From Prorocentrum cordatum (taxonomy: Eukaryota): a stretch of DNA of 64,000 bases. The notes below the pieces were generated by a model. It saw only the letters and a list, made by a program, of their open reading frames with translations, was not told where the DNA came from and did no database searches. The stretch is from assembly GCA_963575745.1 (NCBI GenBank), contig CAUYUJ010000215.1:1-64000 (forward strand), written 5' to 3'. Numbering within the stretch: position 1 is the stretch's first letter; each line of letters opens with the position of its first letter. Of the stretch, positions 1 to 12,964 are shown in pieces. The position numbers were made by a program, and so were the translations under genes.

Positions 1-135
1 GGGGAGGAGGGAGCGCGCGCGCAGGCGCCTGGGCATCACGTTCACGGCGACCGAGGACGGCAGGCGCGGGGCGGGCGGGGATGCTTTCTTTTTGTTGTGG
101 GCTTGTCGCTCCTCCTGCCTGTCAGCGAGAGTTAT

Positions 136-328
136 GTTGTTCCCGTCCTACTTAAGGACCGCATCCCAGAAATAGTTTCGAACACCCAGAGAAGTATCAC
201 AAGAGTGCCGAAACAGTGTCGAAACAGTGTCTCCCAGGGCCTGGCACGTGAAACCTTTGAGTTTCGGTACTTTATTGGGCGCTCGAAATTCTTCCTGGTG
301 ATCAAAGCTAAAGTAGGCTGGGCCATCA
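136..328 (+). repeat. Dispersed ~190-bp repeat; inverted partner at 3499-3681
   Basis: TACTTAAGGACCGCATCCCAGAAATA...CTCCCAGGGCCTGGCACGTGAAA...GATCAAAGCTAAAGTAGGCTGG aligns with the reverse complement of 3499-3681. Confidence 0.75.
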
Positions 329-827
329 TAAAGCCAGAGGGAGAAAGGGGTACTCCGAGTTTCGTGATAAGAGGGAGGGGGTCACAAGCCTCCCAGACGA
401 GGTGTTTCAGACTCCCCCAGACCAGCCATGAAAAGGCGGCCTTTTGCCCAGACCCCCCTGGAATCCTCCAAGACAGCTCAAGTCAGACCCCCGAATCATA
501 TTACCATGCTTTTATCATGAAATCTGGAGTGCCCATGCGGCTGACCCTGTCCTCGATTTCGCCTTTTTGGGCATCTTGGGAGGCCCTCGTCGCCACGGCT
601 GGATTCGCCGACAAAAACCGGTCCAGGGAGCAGCGGTATCGGTGTCCCTTGGTCTCCCCAGTCAGGGCCGATCCGATCCGATGCGAGTCGATTCGTCGGC
701 TTTGGACCGCGGTTCCGACTCGATCCGCTTCGGCTCGACTCGCTGGCATCGGCCGGGGCTGGTCAGAGCCTGGCGCTGCGGTCCAACCTCGATTCGATCC
801 GGGACGAATCGCTGGCGATCCGTTCCG

Positions 828-991
828 TTGAGGGCGGGAGAACACACACAGACACAGTTAACCGTCGACTCCCCAGAAAATACGGGAAAATATGGGAAGT
901 GGGGGGGAAGACAGAAACCCCGAAAGTATCGGAAGATATGGGGGATCCTGTTATTTGTGTGTATTTGTTTGTGTGTCCCAGGGCCCCTTCA
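828..991 (+). repeat. Dispersed ~160-bp non-coding repeat (also 59311-59471 +, and ~40325-40464 -)
   Basis: Shared core ACACACAGACACA..TAA.CGTCGACTCCC.AGAAAATA.GGGAAAATATGGGAAGTGG...TGTGTGTCCC.GGGCCCCTTCA. Confidence 0.75.
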
Positions 992-1200
992 TCCGTTTCC
1001 GGTTCGATCCGATGTCGCGATGGGGTCCCCCTCGGCCGCGCCAGCCTGTGTCCGAGGCCACGGCGGCAGGTGCTGTGGGGGCGTGGCGTCTGCCCCCCGT
1101 CGTGCTGCCCAGCGGCGGGGTCGAGATTCGCCGTGTGTGCGCGAGAGGCGTGTCGGTGTGGTGAAAGCCACCGAGCGCGGTCCACTATACTCGCAAAGTT

Positions 1201-1361
1201 GATGATGCTGCTGCTGATGCTGATGCTGCTGCTGATGCTGATGCTGATGATGCTGATGATGATGATGCTGCTGATGCTGATGATGGTGATGATGATAATG
1301 ATGATGATGATTATGATGAGTATGATGATGCTGATGATGTTGTTGATGATGAGTATGCTGG

Positions 1362-1407
<46 letters not shown>

Positions 1408-1643
1408 AAGGATGGTGGCGATGCTGATTGCGGTGATGGTGATGGTGATGTCCATGGTGGTGGTTGTGATGATGATGCTGATGATGATGATGCTGATGCT
1501 GATGCTGCTGATGATGATGATGCTGATACTGATTATGATGATGATGTTGTTGATGATGATGATGATGATGATGAAGATGATGATGATGATGATGATGAGG
1601 ATGATGCTGATGATGATGAAGATGAAGATGATGATGATGATGA

Positions 1644-1675
<32 letters not shown>

Positions 1676-1735
1676 GATGATGATGAAGATGATGATGATG
1701 ATGAATGATGATGATGATGATGAGATGATGATGGA

Positions 1736-1775
<40 letters not shown>

Positions 1776-1883
1776 GATGATGATGATGAAGATGATGATG
1801 AAGATGATGATGATGATGATGAGATGATGATGATGATGAGATGATGATGATGATGATGATGATGATGAATGATGATGATGATT

Positions 1884-1932
<49 letters not shown>

Positions 1933-1992
1933 GGAGGAGGAGGAGGAGGAGGAGGAGGAGGAGGAGGAGGCGGAGGAGGAGGATGATGATGA
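1201..1992. repeat. Degenerate (GAT)n microsatellite ending in (GAG)n
   Basis: Direct reading of the trinucleotide repeat. Confidence 0.95.
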
Positions 1993-3013
1993 ACATGCAA
2001 GCATCCCCTTACCTGACGGCGGGCACCAAACCTGACGCAGGGCCCGCTGCCTGTGGGCTCCGGAGGCACCCTGGCAGCGAGACCAGCGGTGACGTGTAGC
2101 TCTGGTGAGCGCTCGGGGCCTGAAAACTTTCGAAAGGAAGCTCCCGCCCGAGCGTCGGCCACATGTCAGGCGTCTGACCGCACTGCCAGCCACGTGTCCA
2201 GCCTGATCTGGCCGCAGGGAGGAGTTATTTGTAAGCCCCCCGGCGCTGTCGTCGAGAAAGCCCGGAGCGCGGCAGAGGGCCAAACGGGGGCTCGGGCAGG
2301 AGGGGGTACTGAAAAGGAGCAGGCGGGCGGGCAGGGTGATCGGTGCCTGCCCAGGGGGAGGCGACGTGCTCAGGAGCGAAAAGAAGGACATGCACGCACA
2401 TCATGAGTCCACATTGGCTTCGAGAGTACGCACTGCGCGAGCGTTCGTATCACGGGGCGGGTCTCGCGGGCGGGGGGGCCGTGTTCATGTACGTGGATGG
2501 GCGCGCATGTTTTTTGCGGGAGGAGGAGGAGGAGGAGGGGGGAGGGAGGGAGGAGGAGGAGGAGGAGGAGGAGGAGGAGGAGGAGGAGGAGGAGGAGGAG
2601 GAGGAGGAGGAGGAGGAGGAGGAGGAGGAGGAGGTGCTCCCCACATTCGTGTGACCACGTGGTGGTCTCTCAGCATCAGACTCGTTAGGCTGTAGACAGC
2701 TGGTCTGTTGCCGCTTCCAGCGCTGTGCGTGATTTGGACGGGAGCGCCGTTGCCAGGCCAGGATGCATCTTTTGTTGTCTCCCAGCTTGTGTCCATCGTA
2801 GCCTTACCCTCGGTCTATGCTTGCTCGCGCAGGGTCAAGATGGAGATGACCCAGAAGCCCCGTGGAGAGCCAATCAAGCTGAGCGGACTGCTCACCTTGA
2901 TGCAGGCTCGACGTTCTCCTGGACCATCTTGCTATCCGGTGTGACTTCTTGTCTCTTCGAAGGTTGTTTGGGATGCGTCCATTCTCGGAATCCCGCAAAG
3001 GGGGATGTGCCCT

Positions 3014-3055
<42 letters not shown>

Positions 3056-3057
3056 TG

Positions 3058-3197
3058 TGAGTTCGATCGGTTTTTGCACCGAACTGCCCAAAACAGATGC
3101 CCCCCCAGCCGCTGGCAGCTCCCCATAGTTGCTGCTAGGTGAGGCAGGCAGGGGGCATCAGTTTGCGGCAGTTCGGTGCACCAGTGGATCTAACTCA
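3058..3197. mobile_element. 140-bp MITE-like element with ~47-bp imperfect TIRs
   Basis: Left TGAGTTCGATC...TGCACCGAACTGCCCAAAACAGATGCCCCC; right end reverse-complements to TGAGTTAGATC...TGCACCGAACTGCCGCAAACTGATGCCCCC. No clear TSD. Confidence 0.65.
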
Positions 3198-3498
3198 AGG
3201 CCCCCCCTCAGGGTCACTCCCCCCCTTGGTGGATCCCGACATTCCGAACCGAGGAAGCGCAGACATGTTTTGAGGCGTGTGGGTTAGCGACGGGTACGTT
3301 TCCCACGCGACAGCAGCGCGGTGCGTCGCCGAGTCGGGCGGCACTGGCGCCACGCTTCGGGGGGCACGCTTCCCCGATCCGTGGATTGGGCGCCCGCGCC
3401 CCAGATCCACGGCTCTCTGATCCGCGGTCAGCGCGTGCCCGAGCATGTGCCTGGTTTCAGGGAGCGTTGAACTCATGGCATCCTGACCTCAGGGTTGC

Positions 3499-3681
3499 GA
3501 TGCTCCAGCCTGCTTTAGCCTTGATCGCAAGAAAGAGCTCTGAGAACCAAGAATGTACCAGAACTGGAGGGATTTCACGTGTCAGGCCCTGGGAGGCGAT
3601 ATTCGTTCGACACCCTTTCGATACTTTTCTGGGTGCTCGAGATTATTTCTGGGATGTGGTCCTAAGTACGACGGGATCAAC
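3499..3681 (-). repeat. Inverted copy of the 136-328 repeat
   Basis: Reverse-complement alignment to 136-328. Confidence 0.75.
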
Positions 3682-4202
3682 ACAACCCCAGGAGCGCCGC
3701 GAGCAAATGTGGCCCCACACCGCGCCCCCAACAATCTGCCGGCCAACCTGCTGGCGAACCCCAGACCAGCACTGCGCCTTTGCACCGCAGACCCTCATCA
3801 GAACCGGCTCCTATCCCCTTCGAGAAATTGGCGGCGCGCCCAGGGGGGTGAATATGCAACAAGTTAAAGTTCTCCTTAGGAATCAGGGCGATTGTGGCCT
3901 CCTTGGGCCCTCTTGGGGGTCCTCTTGGAGCTGTCTGGCGGCGCCTTGGAGGCTTCGTGGGCCGTCCTTAGGCTGCCATGCCTCTTGCTGAGGCCTCCTT
4001 GGCGTGCTGAAGCCCAGCTTGGTCAAGCTCAGACAGTAGCTTGGGCATCTTGGAGGTCACGGAGTGGGAACGGAGGCTCCAGAGGCCCGGGGGGAGCGTT
4101 GAGGAGCCTGGAGAGCCCCCCCCGAAGCCTGGACCCATCCCCCAACCTTCATATCACCCGAACGAGTATCTGATAGACTCAAGTATGCGACAATTAATTG
4201 TT

Positions 4203-4290
4203 GACGCTTCGCGAATCCCCACCAGCCCATGCAGAAACGATGCCCAGAGGAATTGCCTCGATCAGGGAAGTGGGCAGCACACAGAGGAAG
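4203..4290 (+). repeat. Dispersed repeat (also ~42700-42742 and ~47524-47612)
   Basis: GACGCTTCGCG.ATCCCCA.CAGCC..T..AGAAACGA.G.CC occurs three times; two copies continue to GATCAGGGAAGTG. Confidence 0.65.
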
Positions 4291-4528
4291 CCATTATGAG
4301 ACATCTTGGGATATCTTGGGCCATTTTTGAGCCATCTTGAGTATTCGAAAATTAATTCACGATCGACCTTTGAGCAGCATGCCAGTAGCTTGTCACTTGC
4401 GATCGTCGTCTGCCCACGGTGCTGTGTGCACGCGGACGGGTAGGGGGATGGGATGGGGGGAGGTGTGAGATGGGATTCCCAGATATGGGAGGGCGGACAA
4501 AGCAGGGTCATGTTGGAAAGGACGGATT

Positions 4529-4558
4529 CTGATGGTAATGGTATGGGTGATGATGATA

Positions 4559-4614
<56 letters not shown>

Positions 4615-4890
4615 AATGATGATGATGATGATCATGATGATGATGATTATGGTGGTGGTGCACAGGATGTATATGGTGCCAATTCTGATGATGACGACGA
4701 CGATGATGATGACGATGGCGATGACGATGACGATGGTGATGATGATAACGATGGTACTGATGATGCCGATGATGATGTTGAGGATGAGGATGAGGAGGAG
4801 GAATTAGAACTTGATGATGATGATGGTGATGATGATGACAATGACGATGCCGATGACGACGATGACGATGATGATGACGATGACGATGAC

Positions 4891-4935
<45 letters not shown>

Positions 4936-5279
4936 AACGATGCTGCTGATGATGATGATGATGCTGGTGATGATGATGTTGATATTGATGTTGATGTTGA
5001 TGATGATGATGATGGTGATGATGATGAGATGGTGATGGCGACGACGACGACGATGCCGCCGCCGCCGACGCCGCCGCCGACGACGATGACATGATGACGA
5101 CGATGATGATGACGATGATTGTTATGATGGTAGTGGTGATAATGATGATACGTGTGGTGGGAATGCTTATGGCTGGTGATGGTGACGGTGGTGGCGGTGG
5201 TGAGATGATGCTGATTCTGATCATGATGATGGTGGTGGTGATAATGATGATGGTGTATATGATGTCTACGGTGCCGATA

Positions 5280-5329
<50 letters not shown>

Positions 5330-5538
5330 CACGATGCTGACACTGATGATGGAGATGCGGATGATGATGACGATGGCGATGACGATGATGATGATGCTGA
5401 TAATGATGACGATGATTACGATGATGGTGGTGATGAGGATGACGATGGTACTAATGCTGACGATGATGATGTCGAGGATGAGGATGAGGATGAGGATGAC
5501 GATGATGACGATGACGATATTGATGGTGATGGTGATGG

Positions 5539-5583
<45 letters not shown>

Positions 5584-5860
5584 CGATGACGCTGACGCTG
5601 ATGATGATGGCGATGATGATGATGATGCTGATGCTGCTGATGTTGATGATGGTGATGATGATGACGATTCTGATGATGATGCTGCTGATGATGGTGATGA
5701 TGATGAGGCGGAGGGTGATGCTGATGATGATGAGGATGAGCATGATGATGTTGATGATGATGATGATGATGATGATGCTGATGCTGATGCTGATGCTGAT
5801 GCTGATGCTGATGCTGCTGATGATGATGGTGACGATGATGATAATGAGGAGGAGGATAAT
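4529..5860. repeat. Degenerate (GAT/GAC)n microsatellite
   Basis: Direct reading. Confidence 0.95.
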
Positions 5861-7316
5861 GAGCTTTGAGAATGAGGTGGAGGAGGAGCTTTAGGATGCA
5901 GCAGGAGCTTTGAGGACTTGAATGAGGAGAGGGATCGAGGAGGAGGGCGAGGAGGGTGGAGGCGCCCACCCCCTTCTCCCTCTTGCGTCCAGAGAGAGGT
6001 GGCCGGAAGGGGAGGAGGAGAGGAGGAGGGGAGTCGGGGATGGAAGGGGGGAGTACAGTCAGATCCGGTTAGTATGTCGACCCTGCAATGTCGAGTTGTT
6101 CTCGTGCCCTGCCTGTCACGCTTCACGGCCTTCTTGATCTCCCGAGCATATGGTATATGGGCTGCCCGCAGAAGATGCCTGGGGCCCTCTCGGGCGTCCT
6201 TTTTGCAACCGGTCCCAACTGTGGGGCGAGATTTGGAGGTTAGGAGGAGGGCGGAGGAGGAGGAGGAGGAGGAGGCGGAGGAGGAGGGAGGAGGAGGAGG
6301 TGGAGGAGGAAGAGGAGGAGGAGAAGGGAGGAGAGAGGAGTGAGTGAGCGAGTGAGAGCAATCGCGATGCGATCCCGTGCCTCCGGGCCGTCCCTTGAGC
6401 TCCATACCGCAGGCGACGAATAAGAAGAGAGCGGAGACGACGCGACGCAATTGCATTGAGCTTGCCCCATTCTCCCACACTGTACGCCCGAAGCTGCTGA
6501 CGGGAGCGCGGAAGAGGGAGGTTTGCGGAGCGTTGACGACGCGACGCGTAAGCATGTCTCTATCCATGTCCAACCTGAAGTACGCCAATACTGCAGGAAG
6601 CATCAGGAAGCAGGGTTTTGGTAGCCTGGGACGGACACCACCGCTGAAGCCCAGGAAGAAAACACAAACGTCATGTATCCGTGTGCAGTGAACTTGGAAC
6701 CCAGCATACTCCAACCCATGTTCGAGAAGCCCTACCGGGAGCACACTGTGTTCACCCTATTGCCACGCCTTGGCAGGAACGAGCACCGACGACCACGCCC
6801 CGGCAGGGGAACAGTCCCGCATGCACCTGTTACAGAGCCACCATATACTCCCGCCCCAACAAAGCACAGCTCATGTTCTTCCACTGCTGTGCGTAGAAGA
6901 CTATTAGGTTGAATGCTGAGGACTGGACCAACAGTATACGAGCGTCGCGGCACTCTGCGCGACTGAAGACAGTCTGTTCGATTGCACAACTTGCCTTCCT
7001 TCGTCGTCGGGAGGAGCAGCACGAAACATGTCTAGATACTCGCGCGGCGGACCCGAAGCCCCCCAAGCACCGCGAGGAGGCGAGGGCGGCCTGGGCGAGG
7101 CGAGCCAGGAACCTGAAGAAAATGGCAATGGGGCGCTGCCTGGGGCGATGCTTGAGCCAACATGGCTTGAGCTGAAATGGCTTCGGGAGGGAGGGGCGGG
7201 GGCACGGTCGACCAAGAGGGCATACCGTTTTGGGGGCCTGGACGACTATCCTCCATCCTCTCTTCCCTCAGCAGGGCGTTGCCCGCGCCGAGTGCTGAAT
7301 GGATTTCGAGGGGCAC

Positions 7317-7645
7317 CTCCTCCTCCTCCTCCTCGTCCTCGTCCTCCTCCTCCTCGTCCTCCTCCTCCTCCTCCTTCCCCTTCTCCTCCTCCTCCTCGTC
7401 CTCCTCCTCCTCGTCCTCCTCCTCGTCCTCCTTCCCCTCCTCCTCCTCCTGCTCCCCCTCCTCCTCGTCCTCCTTCCCCTCCTCCTCCTCCTGCTCCTCC
7501 TGCTCCTCCTCCTCCTCCTCCTCCTCGTCCTCCTTCCCCTTCTCCTCCTGCTCCTCCTCCTCCTCCTCGTCCTCCTCCTTCCCCTTCTCCTCCTCCTCCT
7601 CCTCCTCCTCCTCCTCCTCGTCCTCCTCCTTCCCCTTCTCCTCGT
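7317..7645. repeat. (CCT)n microsatellite with internal higher-order CCTCGT/CCCCTT variants
   Basis: Direct reading. Confidence 0.9.
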
Positions 7646-7694
7646 GCTCAGCTGCCACCCCTCCTCGTCACCTTCATCCCCTTTTTCTGCATTT

Positions 7695-9950
7695 CTCGGG
7701 ATCCCTGGTCGCCGAGGCTGCGGCCTCCGAGGCTCCTGGGAACTCCAGCATGCGTGCGAGGTCCGAGGATTTCAGTGCGACAGGCCTGGCTGTTCAAATT
7801 GCTAGTTGTCCCCAATAAACGTTGACATTCAAATAGCTACTTTTCTAATGGAGGAGGCCTGAACATTCAATCGAAATTCCAATGAAACAGGCCTGAAGAT
7901 TCAAATCGTTTTTTTCCTTAGGACTTCAATGAAACTGGCCTGACTATTCAAATTGTTTTTTCCGGAGGATTTCACTGGAACAGGCCTGCATATTCAAATT
8001 GTTTGTTCGTGAGAAAAATAGACATTCTGGGGGCCCGGGGTTGTCGGGATTCCGGGTCGCCTGGGCCGCAGACTCCCGGGCCCCTGGGAATTTCAAAATT
8101 TGAACGATGGTAGACATTATTTTCTGGGGGATCGTGGGGGTTCGGGATTCCTGGTCGCCTGGGCTGTGGACTCCAGGGCCCTCGGGGATTTCAAACACAC
8201 AGAGCATTCTAAATGTTTTAAGAAACCGTGATTTTGTGAATTTGTTCAAAAACATATTCTTGCAAATCTTGTTTGACATTCTGGGGGTCGGGGTTTTCGG
8301 GATTCCTTGTCGGCGGGGGTGCGGGTTGCAGTTCCCATGGGAATTTTCAAAATTCTAGAAATTTTGAAAACATTGAAACATGCCTGAGCTCCTAAAACGC
8401 ATATTTCCCTACCTAGGCTCTGCCTAGAAGGGTTCTTACTCGGAGGCTTAAAGGGCCGGGCAGTGGAACCCGCCCCGGGCGGTTCCCCCAGGATCCCCCC
8501 TTCGGTTCCCCCAGTTACGTCCCCTTAGCTTAGCGTTGCTTATCTCATCTTAGCTTAGCCTAGCTTAACTTAGCCTAGCTTAGCTTAGCTTAGCTTAGCT
8601 TAGCTTAGCTTAGCTTAGCTTAGCCTAGCCTAGCCTAGCTTAGCTTAGCTTAACTTAGCTTAGCTCAGCTTATCTTAGTGCAGCGCAGCATTGGCATAGC
8701 ATAGCATAGCATATCATATCATAACATGGCATACCATAGCATGTCATAGCGCAGCATAGCATAGCGCATCATATCATAGCATACCATAGCATATCATAGC
8801 ATAGCATAGCGTAGCATAACATAGCATAGCATAGTTTAGCTTGGCATGACACAGCGCAGCATATCATAGCATACCATAGCATATCATAGCATACTATATC
8901 ATGGCGCAGCACATGATAGCATATCATAACATATCATAGCGCATACAAACATAGCACATCATAGCATAGCATCGCGCAGCATAGCATAACATAGCATATC
9001 ATAGCACCACCCATCATATCATAGTATAGCATAGCCCAGCATACCATAGCATAACGCAGCATATCATAGCATACCACATCATATCATAATATATCATATC
9101 GCAGCATGTCATGTCATATCATGCCATATCATATCATATCACATCATGTCATATCATATCATAGCATACCACATCATATCATATCATATCATAGCATCTC
9201 ATATCATGCCATCGCATATCATATCATATCATATCGTATCATATCATCCCATCTCATCCCATATCATGTCATATTATATCATATCATATCATGTCATATC
9301 ATATCATATCATACCATAACATAACATATCATAGCATAACATAGCGCAGCATAGCATAGCATAGCATGTGCTTCAACTTCTAGGTAGAGTCGCACTGGGA
9401 TAATTTTGAAATTCTGAGGGGTCAGGTTTTTTTCGGGATTCCTGGTCGCCTGGGCTGCGGATTGCAGAGGACCCTAGGAATTTTCATGTTTTGTTCAAGA
9501 TTTTGAAAATCATGTGCTATGCTTCCTTTCTTAGACTTTCATTACTCGTAGTGAGTTGCTATAAGAACAGCCTGGATGGTCCCAGGTTTTCGGGACTCCT
9601 GGTCGCCTGGGCTGCGGATTCCAGGTCCTTCGGGATTTCCATTTTTCTGGAATCATACATTTCGTTTTTTTTTGAAAGAGGCCTGACTTTTTTATATCCA
9701 GAATTTTGATTACATGACATTCTGGTGTCCGGGTCTCCTGGGCTGCGGACTCCGGGGCCCGTAGGAATTTCAAACAAATATAGAATTCAGAAGAGATGGA
9801 AATAGTCCTGAATATGTACGTTGTTTTTTGTTTGAAATTCTGGAGCGTCTGGGGTTTTGGGAACTCCTGATCGCCTGGGCTGTAGAATCCGCAGCCCATG
9901 TGACCAGGAATCCTTAATTGGTGAACTGTTTGCAAGATTTGAAGTTCTGG
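7695..9950 (+). repeat. Degenerate ~100-150-bp minisatellite (about 8 units), interrupted by a pentanucleotide block
   Basis: Core CGGGATTCCTGGTCGCCTGGGCTGCGGA(C/T)TCC recurs near 7697, 8045, 8143, 8298, 9434, 9591, 9729 and 9858. Confidence 0.75.
8524..9366. repeat. Compound pentanucleotide microsatellite (TTAGC)n -> (ATAGC)n -> (ATATC)n -> (ATAGC)n
   Basis: Direct reading. Confidence 0.9.
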
Positions 9951-11000
9951 TGATCTGTGGGCTGGGGCCTCTCCGGGCCTCTCCTGGTTCTCCTCAGGGG
10001 TTCCTGGGGCCTCCTGGGGCCTCCTGGGGGCCTTCTGGGGCCTCTGGGGCTCCTCGGGGCCTGGGGCCTCCCTGGGCTCCCTGGGGCCTCCCAGGGCCTC
10101 CTGGGAGCTCCAGGGGCTCCTTGGGCCCTCCTGGGGCCTCCTGGGCCCTGCCGGGGCCTCCCGTGCCGTCCTGGGGCCCCCGGGGGCCCGCGGAGCCATC
10201 CTGGGCCCGCGGCTCCCCGACCCTGGCTTTCGGTCGGGCCTGTCCCCCCCCCCACAGGGGCGTGTTGGACGACACATAAAAGCATACCCAAACGATATGC
10301 AACAAATGCCCAAACATATTCAAAACATAGTCCACCCAGACTTTTTTTTGTTTTTTTTTTTTTTTGTTTTTTTGGGGGGGGACTATTTTCGAATATCCCC
10401 CCTGTAGAGGGACAGGCCCGGCTTAACCCTGGCTCCGCGGCGCAGGGCGCTGTGAAGCATTGATCCTGCGCAGACGTCGCGTAAAGACGACGTCTGCGCA
10501 ACACTTCGCCGCTCTGGATCTGCTGAAAGGGGCTCTGTATTTCTGGAACCCTGGGCTGCAGGTCACACCACCTCCTCCAATCTCCAGTAGATGGACAATA
10601 TGTTCGAACCCTTACACATTCGAGGGAGACTCTAAATCACCACCGCGCCCCCGACATCAATGTTGATCTCAGTAAAGGCGGTGCGTTGGGGTTCGAATAT
10701 TTCTGTCCACTCAAGCCCCCCCTCCCGTCGCCACGCCATCCATACTAATTTCGGGGGGTCTGGGGGACATCTTGGGCCACAGGGTTCGAATATATTGTCC
10801 ATGTACGGTCCCTCCTCCTCCCTCTGGTCTCATTCGTCCACCCCCCATCTGTCCTCTTCCTCCTCCCTCACTCCCTCCTCCTCCGTTTCCTCCTCCTCCT
10901 CCTCCTTAGGAGGAGAAGAAGGGGAGGGGGAGGAGGAGGAGGAGGATATGGGAGGAGCATAAGGCATGTGAAGCATGTCGAAGATGGGGGCCAGGAAAAG

Positions 11001-11561
11001 GATGAGGAGGACGATGACGATGGTGGTGATGATGATGATGATGATGATGATGAGGATGCTGATGATGATGATGATCCAGTGGATGTACGTGAAAGAGGAG
11101 GCGTGGGATGATGATGATGATGATGATGCTGATGATGATGATGATGATGATGATGATGGTGTGGTAATGAGGATGATGCTGATGATGATGCTTGTGCTTG
11201 TGCTGATGCTGATGCTGGTGCTGATGCTGCTGATGCTGATGATGACGACGACTCTGATGACGATGACGATGATGATGCTGATCACGATGACGATGACGAT
11301 GACGATGACGACAATGATGATGATGCGTCTGATGATGATGCTGATTCTGATGATGATGAGGATGATGATAATGATGATGATACTGCTGATGCTGCTGATG
11401 ATGATTATTATTTCGATGATGACGATTCTGGTAATGATGATGGTGAAGATGATGATGATGATTATGCTGGTGCTGATGATGATGCTGCTTACGATGACGA
11501 TGACGATGACGATGACGATGTCGATGATGATGCTGATGATGATGGTGATGATGACGATGAC

Positions 11562-11601
<40 letters not shown>

Positions 11602-11642
11602 GTGCTGATGATGATGATGACGACGATGAGGATGATGATGAC

Positions 11643-11685
<43 letters not shown>

Positions 11686-11704
11686 CTGATGATGATGATG
11701 ATGC

Positions 11705-11756
<52 letters not shown>

Positions 11757-11773
11757 GGTGTGGTGATGCTGCT

Positions 11774-11804
<31 letters not shown>

Positions 11805-11866
11805 ATGATGATGACGATGATGATGATGATGATTGTGATGATGACGATTCTGATGGTGATGATGGT
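11001..11866. repeat. Degenerate (GAT)n microsatellite
   Basis: Direct reading. Confidence 0.95.
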
Positions 11867-12964
11867 GAGCCGAGGGTAGGCCGATGGCGACGAGAGCGGC
11901 GACGAGCACGATGGTGGCGGCTGCGACTATCTTCTGCAAGGTTGCCCTCCCTAAGGATGATGATGGTGAGGAGGAGGAGGACAAGGATGCGGTGGAGGAG
12001 GAGGAGGAGGAGGAGGAGGAGGAGGAGGAGGAAGAGGAACTCATGCAACGCCCTCGGAGGGGTGCTGTCGATCCCCGGTGGTCCACATATTGCTGTCGAC
12101 TTCGAACGGGCTCCTTGTTTCGCAGTCCTCCTCATCCACATCCCGCGTGTCCTCCTCCTCCTGCTGATCCTCCCCCGCCTCACCATCATCCTCATCATCA
12201 TCACCATCGGCATCACCATCCTCATCATCGTCACCATGTCCACCCTAACGCATACTCATTGCAATGTATTGCATTGCGTATCTTACCCCTCTTCATAATT
12301 CTAGTGCTTTTGAGTAGCAATTTCGGTTGTGCCAATTTTTGTGTGTGTGCACTGCCTGTTCCTTTGTGGGCATGGCTCTGCGCTTCCCACGTCCTGAGTG
12401 CACAGTTCCGCTGTTGCAGTTCTTTACCACCCGCAAAAATGTCGTGGGCAACTCTGCGAAAAGAGTCGCATATCCACGTATACATACATAGACACATAAA
12501 ACGCATACGTAAGCGATACGCATGTTGTAGTATACGTACGTCCCTATATGCGTACGCATGTACGAATGCATGTATCCATGCGTGCACACGTCGACATTCA
12601 CACACGCGCATACTTGAATGTCGCATTGTGTCACTGGGGGCGGTTTTGCAAAAGCTGTCCGCTACCCTGCTACCCTGCTACCTCGCTGCTACCCTGCTAC
12701 CTCGCTGCGGCCTCGCTGCCGAGCAATGTAGCAGGGTAGCAGGGTAGCAGGGTAGCGGGGTGGCAGGGTGGCAGGGTGGCCGGGTAGCGGGATTGCGGGG
12801 TAGCAGGGTAGCAGGGTAGCGGGGTAGCGGGGTGGCCGGGTAGCGGGATAGCCGTGTAGCCGTGTAGCAGGGTAGCAGGGTAGCAGGGTAGCGGGATTGG
12901 GAGCAGGGTCGCACAGAGTCGCCGTGACTGGGGACAGGGCCGCCGTGTTTGGGGACCTGGATAC

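Noticed and set aside
6360..7040. Possible non-LTR RT remnant on the minus strand (FFLGFSGG...)
   Set aside because: The similarity is too weak and fragmentary to call by eye.
8524..8680. Telomere-like repeat
   Set aside because: The unit is TTAGC, not TTTAGGG/TTAGGG, and it grades into other pentamers.
10467..10500. Hairpin TGCGCAGACGTCG-N8-CGACGTCTGCGCA as a terminator or Helitron end
   Set aside because: It has no U-tract or downstream CTRR end and no associated gene; it is an isolated palindrome.
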